The translations under genes and the position numbers were made by a program. 64,000 nucleotides of DNA from positions 1,248,001 through 1,312,000 of the forward strand of contig CBDCTZ010000015.1 of the NCBI GenBank assembly GCA_965222375.1, written 5' to 3'. Below the pieces are notes generated by a model. It was not told the origin of the DNA. It saw only the letters and a program-made list of their open reading frames with translations, and searched no databases. Below, one piece after another: positions 18,479 through 28,754 of the stretch. Numbering within the stretch: position 1 is the first letter of the stretch; the number at the start of each line of letters is the position of its first letter. Source of the DNA: Polyangiaceae bacterium. GTDB taxonomy: Bacteria > Myxococcota_A > Polyangia > Polyangiales > Polyangiaceae.

Positions 18479-20401
18479 ATGAAGACAGACGGATCTGAGC
18501 ACCAACCCTACGTCCCGGCGAGCGAGAGTCCGGCGGAGTTCACGATCAAAGCCGTGGTCGCGGGCATGCTGTTCGGGGTCACCTTCGGTGCGGCAAACGC
18601 CTACCTCGGGCTTCGCGCTGGATTGACGATCTCGACGTCGATTCCCGTAGCCGTCATGACCGTTGCTGCATTTCGCCTGATGGCGCGCAGCGGCGTGAGG
18701 GGCGGCATCCTCGAGGCCAATCTGGCTCAGACCGTGGGCTCGGCGTCGAGTTCGGTGGCAAGTGGCGTGATCTTCACCTTGCCAGCGCTGTTTCTTTGGA
18801 AGCTGGCACCAGGGCTGTTGCAGATGACTCTGCTGGGCCTATGTGGCGGCTTGCTCGGGGTGTTGTTCATGATTCCGCTGCGTCGGTTCTTGATCGAACG
18901 CGAGCACCACAAACTGCCCTACCCTGAAGGTACGGCGTGCGCAGAAGTGTTGGTCGCTAGCGAGCAAGGCGGCACGCGAGCAAAGAACGTGTTCCTGGGG
19001 CTCGGGGCCGGCGCCCTGTTCAAGTTCCTCGCCGGCGCCCTCAAGATCTTTCCGGACAAGGTGACCGTCCCGCTACCGCTGCTGCCGAAAGCGGAGCTCG
19101 GCTCGAAACTGTCGGCGGCGCTATTTGGCGTCGGCTACATCCTGGGGCCGCGGATCGCAGCCGTGATGGTGGGCGGTGGTCTGCTGTCGTGGTTGGTAAT
19201 CATTCCGGGCATCGCGATCTGGGGCGGCGATCGAACGGCTCCGCTCTATCCGGAGACCGTCAAGACGATCACCGACATGGGCCCCAGCCTGATCTGGACC
19301 CGCTACGTGCGCTACATCGGCGCCGGCGCAGTGGCGGCCGGCGGGCTGATCACCCTGATCCGCAGCATTCCGACCATGGTCGAAAGCGTTCGCCTGGGCA
19401 CGCGAGAGATCAAGAGTCGGGTAAAAAACAAGGAGCAGCAGGTGCCGCGTACGGCGCGGGACCTTCCGCTATCCGTGGTCGCCGGCGGCCTGGCCATCGT
19501 GCTGCTCACGATGACTCTGGTGCCACAGGTTTTCGCCGTGGTCGGCGGACCGCTGCATCGCGCGATTGCTGCGGTGCTGGTCGTGATCTTTGCGTTCTTC
19601 TTCGTGACCGTGTCATCGCGCATCGTCGGCTTGGTCGGCTGCACGTCCAATCCCGTCAGCGGCATGACCATTGGCACGCTGATCGTGACGTCGTCCGTAT
19701 TCCTCGGCCTGGGTTTCACGGGCAACGCGGGGCGCGCCGCGGCCCTGACCGTGGGTTGTGTCGTGGCGATCGCGGCCTCGATAGCCGGAGATACGTCGCA
19801 AGATCTGAAAACAGGTTTTCTGCTGGGGGCTACGCCGAGGCGACAGCAGATTGGCGAACTGGTCGGCGTGCTGTCCTCCGCCACTTTCGTTTGCTTGGCG
19901 GTCATTCTGCTCGATCGCGCCTACGGCTTTGGAACCGAGGAGCTGCCCGCGCCCCAGGCAACTCTGATGAAGCTGGTGATTGAAGGCGTCCTCGATCGCT
20001 CTTTGCCGTGGACGCTCGTCCTGATGGGCGTCGCTCTTGCAGTCATTGCCGAGCTGCTCAAGATCCCGAGCTTGCCCTTCGCAGTTGGGGTGTACTTGCC
20101 GGTTTCCACGATGGTTCCGGTTTTCGCGGGCGGTGCGCTGCGCTGGTGGTTGGACCGCCGCTCGAAGTCCAAAGAGGAGCGATCCAAGCGACGTTCCGGC
20201 GGGATTTTGTTCGGCTCCGGGCTCGTCGGCGGAGAAGGACTGCTCGGCGTCGGTATCGCCGCGGTGGCGTTCTCCCAGGGAGCTGCGCCCAAGGGCGTGG
20301 GCTATGGTTGGGCGGGGATGTTGGCGCCATTGGTTGGAGTATTCGCCTTCGCGTGCTTGATGGCCGGGCTCTGGAAAGTCGCGACTAGCGCCAAGCGATG
20401 A
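18479..20401 (+). CDS. OPT family oligopeptide transporter
   Basis: ANAYLGLRAG, LPYPEGTAC, SNPVSGM, QDLKTG, APQATLM; many TM segments. Confidence 0.93.
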   Translation: MKTDGSEHQPYVPASESPAEFTIKAVVAGMLFGVTFGAANAYLGLRAGLTISTSIPVAVMTVAAFRLMARSGVRGGILEANLAQTVGSASSSVASGVIFTLPALFLWKLAPGLLQMTLLGLCGGLLGVLFMIPLRRFLIEREHHKLPYPEGTACAEVLVASEQGGTRAKNVFLGLGAGALFKFLAGALKIFPDKVTVPLPLLPKAELGSKLSAALFGVGYILGPRIAAVMVGGGLLSWLVIIPGIAIWGGDRTAPLYPETVKTITDMGPSLIWTRYVRYIGAGAVAAGGLITLIRSIPTMVESVRLGTREIKSRVKNKEQQVPRTARDLPLSVVAGGLAIVLLTMTLVPQVFAVVGGPLHRAIAAVLVVIFAFFFVTVSSRIVGLVGCTSNPVSGMTIGTLIVTSSVFLGLGFTGNAGRAAALTVGCVVAIAASIAGDTSQDLKTGFLLGATPRRQQIGELVGVLSSATFVCLAVILLDRAYGFGTEELPAPQATLMKLVIEGVLDRSLPWTLVLMGVALAVIAELLKIPSLPFAVGVYLPVSTMVPVFAGGALRWWLDRRSKSKEERSKRRSGGILFGSGLVGGEGLLGVGIAAVAFSQGAAPKGVGYGWAGMLAPLVGVFAFACLMAGLWKVATSAKR

Positions 20402-20766
20402 TGGCTGTGCTGAAGGACCTACGCGAAGCGCACATCCAGGCCACGGTCGTGCCGCCGGTTCCCGAGACCGACCACGAGGCCGTCACCCAGGTGGCGCCGT
20501 AAAGCCCTCCAACGGACTTGGGGCGTGATGAGCGACAGAGCATCCGCGCCACTGCCGGAGGAGCTTTGGCCTGAAGCCCGCGCGTAATGGAGCGCTGGTA
20601 GAGGCAGGCCCAACAGCGAGCCGCTGCGCCCTTGCGCTGTTCCTGCGGGTCCAATTGGGCCTCGACGGTCCAAAGTGGCTCGACGGAAGCAAACGGCCCA
20701 TCCGCGCAAGCAGGTCAGTTGGTGCCCCTACAGCGCTTGGCCTGCATGCTGCAACGACGCCCTGAC

Positions 20767-22446
20767 ATGCACGCCTCATTGCGCCAGGGCCTCCTTTCAC
20801 CGCTCCTGGTCTCCCTGCTGGTCCTTGGTTGCAGCGACGGCGTGGAGCCGGGACGTGGTGGGACGCCTTCGACGCAAGGTGGCGCCAGCGGTGGTGGACA
20901 GGGCGGCGCGGGGCAGAGCGACGCGGGACACACCAACGGCGGGCAGGGCAACGCGGGTGGCACAGTCGGGGACAGTGGTCCCGATGGAACGCAGGTTTCG
21001 GGCTCCCATGACAACCCCTATCAGGCTCAGGGTCTCGTTCCGGCCTTCCCCGGAGCGGAAGGTCATGGTGCCCGCGCACTCGAGCCCTGCCGAAGTCTAC
21101 CAATCCGGATCCTCGAGGTAACCAACGTCGACGATAGCGGACCGGGAAGCCTTCGTGACGCATTGGGGCGTGTTTCGGGCGATCGATTCGACTTCGTGGT
21201 GTTTCGGACCTCGGGCACGATCGTCCTCGACTCACGATTGCGGACAACGAGCGCTCGCTGTCTCTATGTGGCCGGTCAAACGGCACCCAAAGGAGGCGTC
21301 ACGGTTCGAAAACACGGCCTCGGATTCAAGTGGGCCAACGATGTCGCCATTCGTTTCATCAAGAGCAGGCCCGGGGTGATGGCCCCGGGAACCCCAGGCA
21401 CGTACGGGAACATTGGACTCAGCCTCGGAAGCCCGAGGAACACCATCGCCGATCACCTTTCACTCAGCTGGGCCAACGACAAGGCCTTGACCGTCACCAA
21501 CGGCGTCAACGAACCCATCGCGGAAATCAAGCAGGATTCGGCGGACGTTTCGGTGCAGCGAACCATCTTGTCAGAAACTGCGAACCACCCAACCGCGGCT
21601 CAACTGACGGGCGGCTACAAGACTCAAATCAATGGCGTATGGACGGTGATCGATCCGCCCACCAATCACTACAACGTCAGCCTCCACGCCAACCTGTTTC
21701 ACAGCAACAGTCACCGCAATCCCCAAATGACCACCGACGGCACGCGGATCGTGAACAACGTCGTGTACAACTGGCGCCAGGGCGCTCTGCAGTCGTCGTA
21801 CACCACGAAGTTCGACGCGGTCAGCAACTACTTCAAGCCTGGCCCCTCCACCGGGACCTACAATTGGGAGATCACGTGGTCGTGCTCGCCCAAGCCTTCT
21901 GCCTCGGTATCGATCTTTGCGAGCGGAAACATTGGACCCCACGACGCCACCGGCACGGGCGACCCCTGGACCGGCACTTCGAGAATGATCGCGTGCTACT
22001 ACAAGACAGGTGCGACCGTCGGGGAACCACTGCCGCAATCTTTCAGGCGCACGAGTGCTCTTCCCCCGGCTTGGATCCCGGTTACCGTACGCAGCGCGGC
22101 AGACGCATACACCTCGGTGCTCGGCGACGTGGGTGCCAACGCGCGGGTGGATTGTCATGGTAGCTGGATCAGCGAAATGGATTCCCACGACCAGCGCGCC
22201 CTCGAAGAAACGGCGAAGGGAAACGGACTTAGCGGCCTCCCGACCCAGGCCAACACCCCGACGCCCCCGCTGGTCCCTTCTGCAACGGGTTGCGCGGATT
22301 CCGACGGAGACGGAATGCCCGATGCCTTCGAGCTCCGCTACTGGGGGGCGGCTGAAAGCGGCAAGGCGGAGCTCGACGACGACCAGGACGGGTACCTGAA
22401 CGTGGAGGAGTACTTGAACGGCACCATGCCCCGAATGTCGCAGTAG
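20767..22446 (+). CDS. Pectate lyase (PL1-like) lipoprotein
   Basis: Lipobox VLGC; AFPGAEGHG, DSGPGSLRDA, AGQTAP, DHLSLSW, HRNP, NNVVYNW, C-terminal DSDGDGMPD. Confidence 0.88.
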   Translation: MHASLRQGLLSPLLVSLLVLGCSDGVEPGRGGTPSTQGGASGGGQGGAGQSDAGHTNGGQGNAGGTVGDSGPDGTQVSGSHDNPYQAQGLVPAFPGAEGHGARALEPCRSLPIRILEVTNVDDSGPGSLRDALGRVSGDRFDFVVFRTSGTIVLDSRLRTTSARCLYVAGQTAPKGGVTVRKHGLGFKWANDVAIRFIKSRPGVMAPGTPGTYGNIGLSLGSPRNTIADHLSLSWANDKALTVTNGVNEPIAEIKQDSADVSVQRTILSETANHPTAAQLTGGYKTQINGVWTVIDPPTNHYNVSLHANLFHSNSHRNPQMTTDGTRIVNNVVYNWRQGALQSSYTTKFDAVSNYFKPGPSTGTYNWEITWSCSPKPSASVSIFASGNIGPHDATGTGDPWTGTSRMIACYYKTGATVGEPLPQSFRRTSALPPAWIPVTVRSAADAYTSVLGDVGANARVDCHGSWISEMDSHDQRALEETAKGNGLSGLPTQANTPTPPLVPSATGCADSDGDGMPDAFELRYWGAAESGKAELDDDQDGYLNVEEYLNGTMPRMSQ

Positions 22447-22629
22447 GCGACGGGCAATCGTTCTGGAACGGAGACGTGCCCCACACGCCTCTGGCCGCGC
22501 CCGAGCAAAGAGTGCCATCAGCCGTCAGCTCGAGCCGCGCTAGCTGCCGGCGGGCCGCTTTTCACTCCGCGGGCAGAAAATCGCGAACCAAGCTAAAGGA
22601 CTGACCGAGCGCTCCGTTCTTTGGAATCG

Positions 22630-22938
22630 ATGCGACTCGAAGCTGCTTTGGTGGTGGTGGTACTTGGCCTGCCGGCGTGCGGTTCTTCAGGGGAACGTCC
22701 GTCGCCGGTGGCAGGGGAGACCGGCGAGACCGGAGCGGACGCGCGTCCTACCCATCTAGACGCGTCTCCCGGCCCGGATAGCGGGTCGCAGGCGGTCTGT
22801 GTCGAAGGCAGCCAGCGCAGTTGCAAGGTGACGCTGCCATCTCACGGCCAGATCAACAACTGCTTCGTCGGCGTCGAAATCTGCGAAAACGGCCAATGGG
22901 GGCCCTGTAGCCCTGAGCCTGAGCCGGACCCGAGCTAG
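22630..22938 (+). CDS. Small Cys-rich lipoprotein
   Basis: Lipobox LPAC; C...C...GVEICENGQWGPC. Confidence 0.7.
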   Translation: MRLEAALVVVVLGLPACGSSGERPSPVAGETGETGADARPTHLDASPGPDSGSQAVCVEGSQRSCKVTLPSHGQINNCFVGVEICENGQWGPCSPEPEPDPS

Positions 22939-23043
22939 GCCTGTCGGGGTGAGTCCTTCCAGCTGGCGTCGCCAGCTAGCGGCCGGAAAACCCGCATGTG
23001 GCCAGCCTCAAGCCCCCAGGGCTGCGACCGTTCTTCGGAATGT

Positions 23044-25560
23044 ATGCGAACCGTTTCTGACAGCGGGGTGAGCGAAACCAAGTCGGGAGGCTATCTGCGC
23101 CGCTGGGCCCTTTTCGCAACCCTCGGGGGTCTGATGCTGACGGGCCTCCTGGTGGCGTGTGGAAACGCCGAGCCGCAGGCCAGTTGCAAGGGGCATCAGG
23201 TGGTGGGCAAAGGGAAACTGCAGCCGAACAGCGCCACCAAGTCGCTTTCGCCGCCGAGTGCCTGCGTCGGCAATCCCTGCGACCCCTTCTGTCAGAATTT
23301 CGACGAGAAGCCCGATGGCGGAGTCCAGGCCGACGCGCAAACCGGTTACCAGTGGCCCACTGGAAGTGTGGACGATCTGCCCACGGGCCTCGTGAACAAG
23401 GGCCTCAAGGAACCCTGCGTCACCGGGGCGGATTGCCAATTCAGCCGCTACTGCAAGGAGCCCAAGACGGGCACCAGCTGCAGTCACTCGAAGTGTCAGA
23501 CCGGCGGCGGTCTGACAGCCGGCTGCGATGCCTGCGTAGATCTGGTCTGCCAAGCTGACCCGAGTTGCTGCGACAGCGTGTACTCGCACAGCTGCTCCCA
23601 CGACCCGTGCAGTCAGGGGCAAGCGCTCAAAAGCAATTGCGACTCGTGCGTCAAGAAGGTCTGCCAAGCGGACTCCTACTGCTGCTCCAAGAACGGATAC
23701 TGGGACAGCACATGCGTCGCCCAGGTCGCTAGCGTCTGCGGGCTGTCTTGCCCCCTGGGACAACCGGGCAACTGGACGCAGAGCTGCGTGGACAAAGTGG
23801 CCACGGTCTGCGACGCTCAGTGTGGTGCGGGCGCGCCACCGCCGGAATCCGGGCAGTGCGTCCCCTGGCTACCCGGCGAAACGGACCCGACTTGCAGTGG
23901 CGTGGATCTAGCGCTCGGCGTGCCATGCGACGACAAGATCCCGGTCTGCAACCACGGCAACACCGTTGCTCCCGCAGGCATTCGTTTGATCCACTACCCG
24001 GCGAACTCCAAGCAGTACCCGCTGTGCACGCCGAGCCAAACGCACCCGCAGATGAAGGAGTGCTTCACGACGGAAGCCGTGCCTCCGGGCGAATGTCGCA
24101 GTGTGAGCTGCCCCAACCTCGGCAACGGCAATCGCGAAGTCATGGTGAATCCACCGGGTGCCGCGCAAATCAACGAATGCAACTGCCTCGACAACTGGAC
24201 CCTCTTCAGTGGTGGCGTTAGCTGCGGCAATCCGAACTGCGCGGGCAAGACCGAAACCGCACAGCTCAAGCCCGTCAATCTGTACTTCGTTGTCGATCGC
24301 TCGGGCTCGATGAGTGGAAGCAAGTGGACTGGGACGACCCAGGCGCTCACGTCGTTCTTCCAATCGCCGAGCGCGGCTGGGTTGGGGTCAGCGCTCGAGT
24401 TCTTCCCGCTCTCGAGTGGGGGATCGAACGGCGACGGCTGCGCTCCGGATTGGAATAGTTGCTCCTCAGTACCTTGCGGCAACCCGATGATCCCCATCGG
24501 CAAGTTGACCACTGCAGGCGCTCCGACCGATGCGCAAGAAGCGGCTCTGGTCTCCGCCGTCAATTCCGTTTGGCCCGGCGGTGGCACTCCGACACACCCA
24601 GCCTTAGACGGCGCTCTGACCTGGGCGACCACACAGCAGCAACTGGATCCAAGCGAAATCTACGTCGTCATACTAGTCACCGACGGGGACCCAACCTGGT
24701 GCAACACCAGCAACTCGGCTATCGCCAACCTGGCGGCGGCTGCAATGAGTAGCTCTGGCATCCGAACCTATACGATTGGCATGCAAGGGGCGAATGTTGC
24801 CGCCCTCGACAACATCGCAAGCGCCGGCGGCACAGGTCAGGCCTTCGTCATCCAGGGCACCAACCAGAACAGCGTCGAGCAGCAGTTGATGGCTGCGTTC
24901 AGCGCTATCGCGGGACAAAACCTTGGCTGCAGCTTCCCTCTGCCGAAGTCCGACAGCTTTGATCTGAGCGATGTCACGGTCAGTTACACGCCCAGCAGCG
25001 GTTCGCCTACGACAGCACTCACAAAGCAGAACGCCGCCGGCGACTGTGGCGATGGCTGGCACTTTGACGACAATCTCAATCCCACGCAAATCACCCTCTG
25101 CCCATCCAGCTGCGCAACCGCCCAGCAAGACCCCGGCAGCAAAGTCGAGTTCACGGTGGGCTGCCCAAAGATCTACGCTGCACGGAGCCAGAGCGAGATC
25201 TACGAGGCTGTGTGCCCCGCCGGAACCATGCCGCAATGGGGATTCCTGGCGTACGACACCCTGACTCCCGGCGACTCTAAAGTCGTCTTTTCGGTCCGCG
25301 CTGCCACCTCTCAGGCGGCTCTGGCGGCGGCGGCGCCCCAAGTGGTGGCCACCGCGCGATCCACACCCACGGACACTCAGCTCTGTGGCTTGGGCGGACC
25401 GGCACCCTGCCCCATCGACCTGTTTGCGGTGTTCGGAAAACCCGCGGCGACCTACGACTTTCTCCAGCTCGACCTGACCCTGACGCCCAGCAGCGGCGGC
25501 ACGAACACACCCACGATCAACGACTGGAAGCTCACCTATTCCTGTCCCCCATCCGAGTGA
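23044..25560 (+). CDS. Cys-rich vWA-domain lipoprotein (CglB-like)
   Basis: Lipobox LVAC; repeated CxxxVCQADxxCC units; MIDAS VVDRSGSM, TPT, VTDG. Confidence 0.85.
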   Translation: MRTVSDSGVSETKSGGYLRRWALFATLGGLMLTGLLVACGNAEPQASCKGHQVVGKGKLQPNSATKSLSPPSACVGNPCDPFCQNFDEKPDGGVQADAQTGYQWPTGSVDDLPTGLVNKGLKEPCVTGADCQFSRYCKEPKTGTSCSHSKCQTGGGLTAGCDACVDLVCQADPSCCDSVYSHSCSHDPCSQGQALKSNCDSCVKKVCQADSYCCSKNGYWDSTCVAQVASVCGLSCPLGQPGNWTQSCVDKVATVCDAQCGAGAPPPESGQCVPWLPGETDPTCSGVDLALGVPCDDKIPVCNHGNTVAPAGIRLIHYPANSKQYPLCTPSQTHPQMKECFTTEAVPPGECRSVSCPNLGNGNREVMVNPPGAAQINECNCLDNWTLFSGGVSCGNPNCAGKTETAQLKPVNLYFVVDRSGSMSGSKWTGTTQALTSFFQSPSAAGLGSALEFFPLSSGGSNGDGCAPDWNSCSSVPCGNPMIPIGKLTTAGAPTDAQEAALVSAVNSVWPGGGTPTHPALDGALTWATTQQQLDPSEIYVVILVTDGDPTWCNTSNSAIANLAAAAMSSSGIRTYTIGMQGANVAALDNIASAGGTGQAFVIQGTNQNSVEQQLMAAFSAIAGQNLGCSFPLPKSDSFDLSDVTVSYTPSSGSPTTALTKQNAAGDCGDGWHFDDNLNPTQITLCPSSCATAQQDPGSKVEFTVGCPKIYAARSQSEIYEAVCPAGTMPQWGFLAYDTLTPGDSKVVFSVRAATSQAALAAAAPQVVATARSTPTDTQLCGLGGPAPCPIDLFAVFGKPAATYDFLQLDLTLTPSSGGTNTPTINDWKLTYSCPPSE

Positions 25561-25564
25561 AGTC

Positions 25565-26953
25565 ATGAAGCTCAAACCCAGTTCAAGAACCTTCTTTATA
25601 GCCGTCCCGGTGCTGGGCGTGTGTTTGTTCGGAGTCGCCGCCGCTTGTTCGACGGGGGGCCGCCCACCGCCCACGGGTACTGGCGGACCATCGGTGGTTA
25701 CGAGCGGGGGCTCGAATGGCTTCGATGCGCCTCCGACTGGAAGTGGCGGCGAGTCTGCAGCGGGTGGAGCACCGGGCAGCGACGCCGGTGCGGATAGCGG
25801 CAGCGCCACGGGCAGCTGCGGCAACGACGTGAAGGAAGTCGGCGAGGAGTGCGACGGCAACGACCTTGCCAACCTCAGCTGCGCAGACCTCGGCTACGAG
25901 CAGGGTACGCTCAGCTGTGCTGGGTGTCAGCTCGACACTACGGGCTGTAGCGGCACCGAGGATTGCTTCGACGCCAAGGACAACGATGGGGACAGCAAGG
26001 TCGACTGCCAGGACGCCGACTGCAAAGTCGCTTGCTCGAGTAGCTGCGACGCGCCACCCACTCTGGGCGATCCAGCCGTGGTGTCCGGTCAAGTTCTCGG
26101 GCATGCCAGTTTGGTGCAGCCGACGTGCGCCTCGAAAGGCAGCGGCCCCGAGGTTGTCTATCGCGTCGTTGCTCAAAAGGCCGGCGTCGTCGAGGCAGTT
26201 TTGACCACCGAGGAGCCGCTGGTGCTTTCCCTTCGCCAGGCCTGCGACACGCAGGAGCTGGTCTGTAGCGGCGGTGGCCGGGTCGAGCATGCGGCGTCAG
26301 CGGGTGACGTCTTCTATGTGGCCGTCGATGCCGTCGGCAGCGACCTCAAGGACGGTGCCTACCTGCTGTCCGTGGGCAGCCGCAACATCGTGTGCGGCGA
26401 TGGGCACACCGACAGCGGAGAGCAATGCGATGACGGTCAACCCGCGGCATCCGGTGACGGCTGCGACGCGAGCTGTCAGATCGAGTCCATCGAACACGGC
26501 GCCAACGACAAGGTCAACCAAGCCGACCCGATCAGTGCGGGATTCCACCCCGCGCAGATCGAACCTGCAGGCGACATCGACTACTTCAAGGTCGACGTTG
26601 CCACTGGGGCATCCTTGATCGTCGACACCTTTGATTTCGGCGACGGCGCCTGTGCCAAACAACAGCTAGATGCTGCGCTGACGGTGCTCGGACCCGACCA
26701 ACAGACGGTGGTCGCTGAGGATGACGACAGCGGTGCAGGCACTTGCGCTCACGTCGCACTGGGAGGATTACCCGGCGGGACCTACACCATCGCGGTCTCC
26801 GCCTCGGCTTTCGGGGACTTGGAAACCTTTGGATACGTGTTGGCGGTCGTTGTGGATGCCTGCGGGAATGGCAATCAGGTGGAAACCGAAGCCTGCGACG
26901 ACGCCAACGTCACCCCGGGCGACGGCTGCAGCGCAACTTGCCAGCGCGAATGA
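25565..26953 (+). CDS. Lipoprotein with myxococcal Cys-rich repeats and PPC-like domain
   Basis: CGNDVKEVGEECD, CGDG...EQCDDG...GDGC, CGNG...EACDD...GDGC repeats; DIDYF. Confidence 0.85.
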   Translation: MKLKPSSRTFFIAVPVLGVCLFGVAAACSTGGRPPPTGTGGPSVVTSGGSNGFDAPPTGSGGESAAGGAPGSDAGADSGSATGSCGNDVKEVGEECDGNDLANLSCADLGYEQGTLSCAGCQLDTTGCSGTEDCFDAKDNDGDSKVDCQDADCKVACSSSCDAPPTLGDPAVVSGQVLGHASLVQPTCASKGSGPEVVYRVVAQKAGVVEAVLTTEEPLVLSLRQACDTQELVCSGGGRVEHAASAGDVFYVAVDAVGSDLKDGAYLLSVGSRNIVCGDGHTDSGEQCDDGQPAASGDGCDASCQIESIEHGANDKVNQADPISAGFHPAQIEPAGDIDYFKVDVATGASLIVDTFDFGDGACAKQQLDAALTVLGPDQQTVVAEDDDSGAGTCAHVALGGLPGGTYTIAVSASAFGDLETFGYVLAVVVDACGNGNQVETEACDDANVTPGDGCSATCQRE

Positions 26954-26955
26954 GG

Positions 26956-27033
26956 GCGAGATTGGCAAACGATAATCCAGTGGGCGCGAATCAGCGCGAG
27001 ATTGGCAGGCGATGATCTGCTGGGCGCCAATCG
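26956..27033. repeat. Two-copy 40-bp-period REP-like repeat
   Basis: GCGAGATTGGCA...TGGGCGC.AATC twice (30/38 identical); copy 2 is bounded by GATTGGC/GCCAATC. Confidence 0.65.
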
Positions 27034-27131
27034 AGTGCCGAAACCGGCTCGTTGGCCCGGCCAATCCAGTTTTCAAGGCGTTCCGGCAGCCGGGGACTTC
27101 GGATCGGTCGACCGCTGACTATGTTTTGTAG

Positions 27132-27788
27132 GTGGACCCCAGGCGCAGTTCGAGCAGTTCACTGAGCCCAAGGCTATCGAAGGCCGTGCTGACGCTGGTC
27201 GCGGCGTCGGCGGTCGCGAGCCTCGCGGGAGTCGCCTTCTCACCGTACCTACTGGTCGAACATCCGCTCCTGCTCGTCGGTCTCGCCCCCGAGGGGCGCC
27301 ATCTGGTGCTTGCCGCCGGGCGCGTCGACTTGTGGATGCTCTTGCTGGTCGCCACTCTTCGCCGTGTCGTGAGCCTCATGGCCAGCTACGGCCTGGGCAT
27401 GGTCTGGGGTCAGTCCATGCTGCGCTGGGTTGAACGGCGCAGCCCGAGGCTTCTGAGACTCGTGCAGTGGCTCGAGCGATTGTACCTTCGCTTCGGCGCA
27501 CCAACACTCGTCGTGCTGCCGATCCACACTCTTACGGCTCTCGCTGGGATCGCGAGGACGCGTTGGTGGGCAGTCGCCTTGGGCGTGTTGGTAGGCCAGG
27601 CAGCACTGGTTGGGGGCACGCTCCTTTTCGGTGAGTCCATCTCCGATTGGACTGCGCCCATTCTGGGCTTCCTGTCCGATCACGTGGTCGAGAGCACTGC
27701 CGTCTGCGTTGCCCTCGTGGTGTTGCACCAACTCTGGTCGCGTCGCCGCTCTGGAGCGTCCGAACCGAGCGTCACGGCGCCGGGCTAG
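27132..27788 (+). CDS. DedA/VTT-like membrane protein
   Basis: Hydrophobic; YGLGMVWG...LYLRFG...LAGIAR pattern. Confidence 0.7.
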   Translation: MDPRRSSSSSLSPRLSKAVLTLVAASAVASLAGVAFSPYLLVEHPLLLVGLAPEGRHLVLAAGRVDLWMLLLVATLRRVVSLMASYGLGMVWGQSMLRWVERRSPRLLRLVQWLERLYLRFGAPTLVVLPIHTLTALAGIARTRWWAVALGVLVGQAALVGGTLLFGESISDWTAPILGFLSDHVVESTAVCVALVVLHQLWSRRRSGASEPSVTAPG

Positions 27789-28038
27789 TCGGCCCCTTCG
27801 GAAGTGGCGCCTTTGGGGTCGGCGGGACCGCCGGCACCACGACGGGCGGCGGTGCAACGGCGACTGGACCTTCGACCACGACCTCGCCGGGACCCCTTGC
27901 CACGAGAATCAACCCGGCTCCCATCGTCGCAAGGGAAATTGGCAATCCCACGATCCCGCCCAAGGCGAGCATGATCGCGATCGCCACACCGATACCGATT
28001 CCCGCTTCCACAACACCGGCGTACCACAGAAACAGAGC
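27772..28038 (-). pseudogene. Membrane-protein fragment with Pro-rich tail
   Basis: Hydrophobic frame LFLWYAGVVEAGIG... begins immediately after an in-frame TGA. Confidence 0.35.
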
Positions 28039-28104
28039 TCAGTCGGTGGTTTGGATTTCAATTGACCTGTTGCCCCTGGCACCGAGCGCTAGAGCGCATG
28101 CCAG

Positions 28105-28754
28105 ATGCTGACCCGGCAGCTCCTGACCCTGGGCCTTCAGCCCGGCAAGATCACCGATGAACCGGTAAAGCTCGATGGCGCCCGCATCTGGGCCAGATGA
28201 CGCCGGTCGCCTATGTGCTGCTGGCCATACTCTTCGAGACGCTGAGCCTCGCGCTGTTCGTGGGCGTTCTGAAGATCCTGCAGCTCACGCGGTTGGTAAG
28301 GGAGCAGCGGCAATTTCGAAAGCACGCTGACGAGGCGGCGAGCTCGGGCACACTGCAAACCATCCCAAAGAACCGAAACGAGCCGGGCGCTCGGGTGCTG
28401 CGGAGTTTGATCGAGCGAATCGAGCGCGGCCCGGTAGGAACAGAAGAGCTGCGCGGTGTCGCTCAGCAAGCCATCGTCGACGAAGAACGCCGTGCGAACT
28501 ACTTGGTTTCGATTCTGACCGCCGTGGCAGCCACGGGTCCACTGCTCGGCTTGCTCGGAACGGTTTGGGGAATCACCGAATCCTTCATGGCAATCGATCA
28601 GGTCAAGAGCTCTGCGATTGGAGTCATCGCGCCTTCCATGGCGGGTGCGCTATTAACGACCGCCCTGGGGCTGACCGCGGCGATCCCGGCGTTGATCGCC
28701 GTGCAATACGCGGATCGAGTTGCCTCGGTGGCCCAGCCGAACGCGCAACCGTAG
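28105..28754 (+). pseudogene. MotA/TolQ/ExbB proton-channel gene, frameshifted near 28195 and 3' truncated
   Basis: GPLLGLLGTVWGI and ALLTTALGLTAAIPA. The N-terminal part (ATG 28105...KLDGARIWA) is in another frame; the C-terminal helix is missing; no exbD/tolR follows. Confidence 0.7.
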
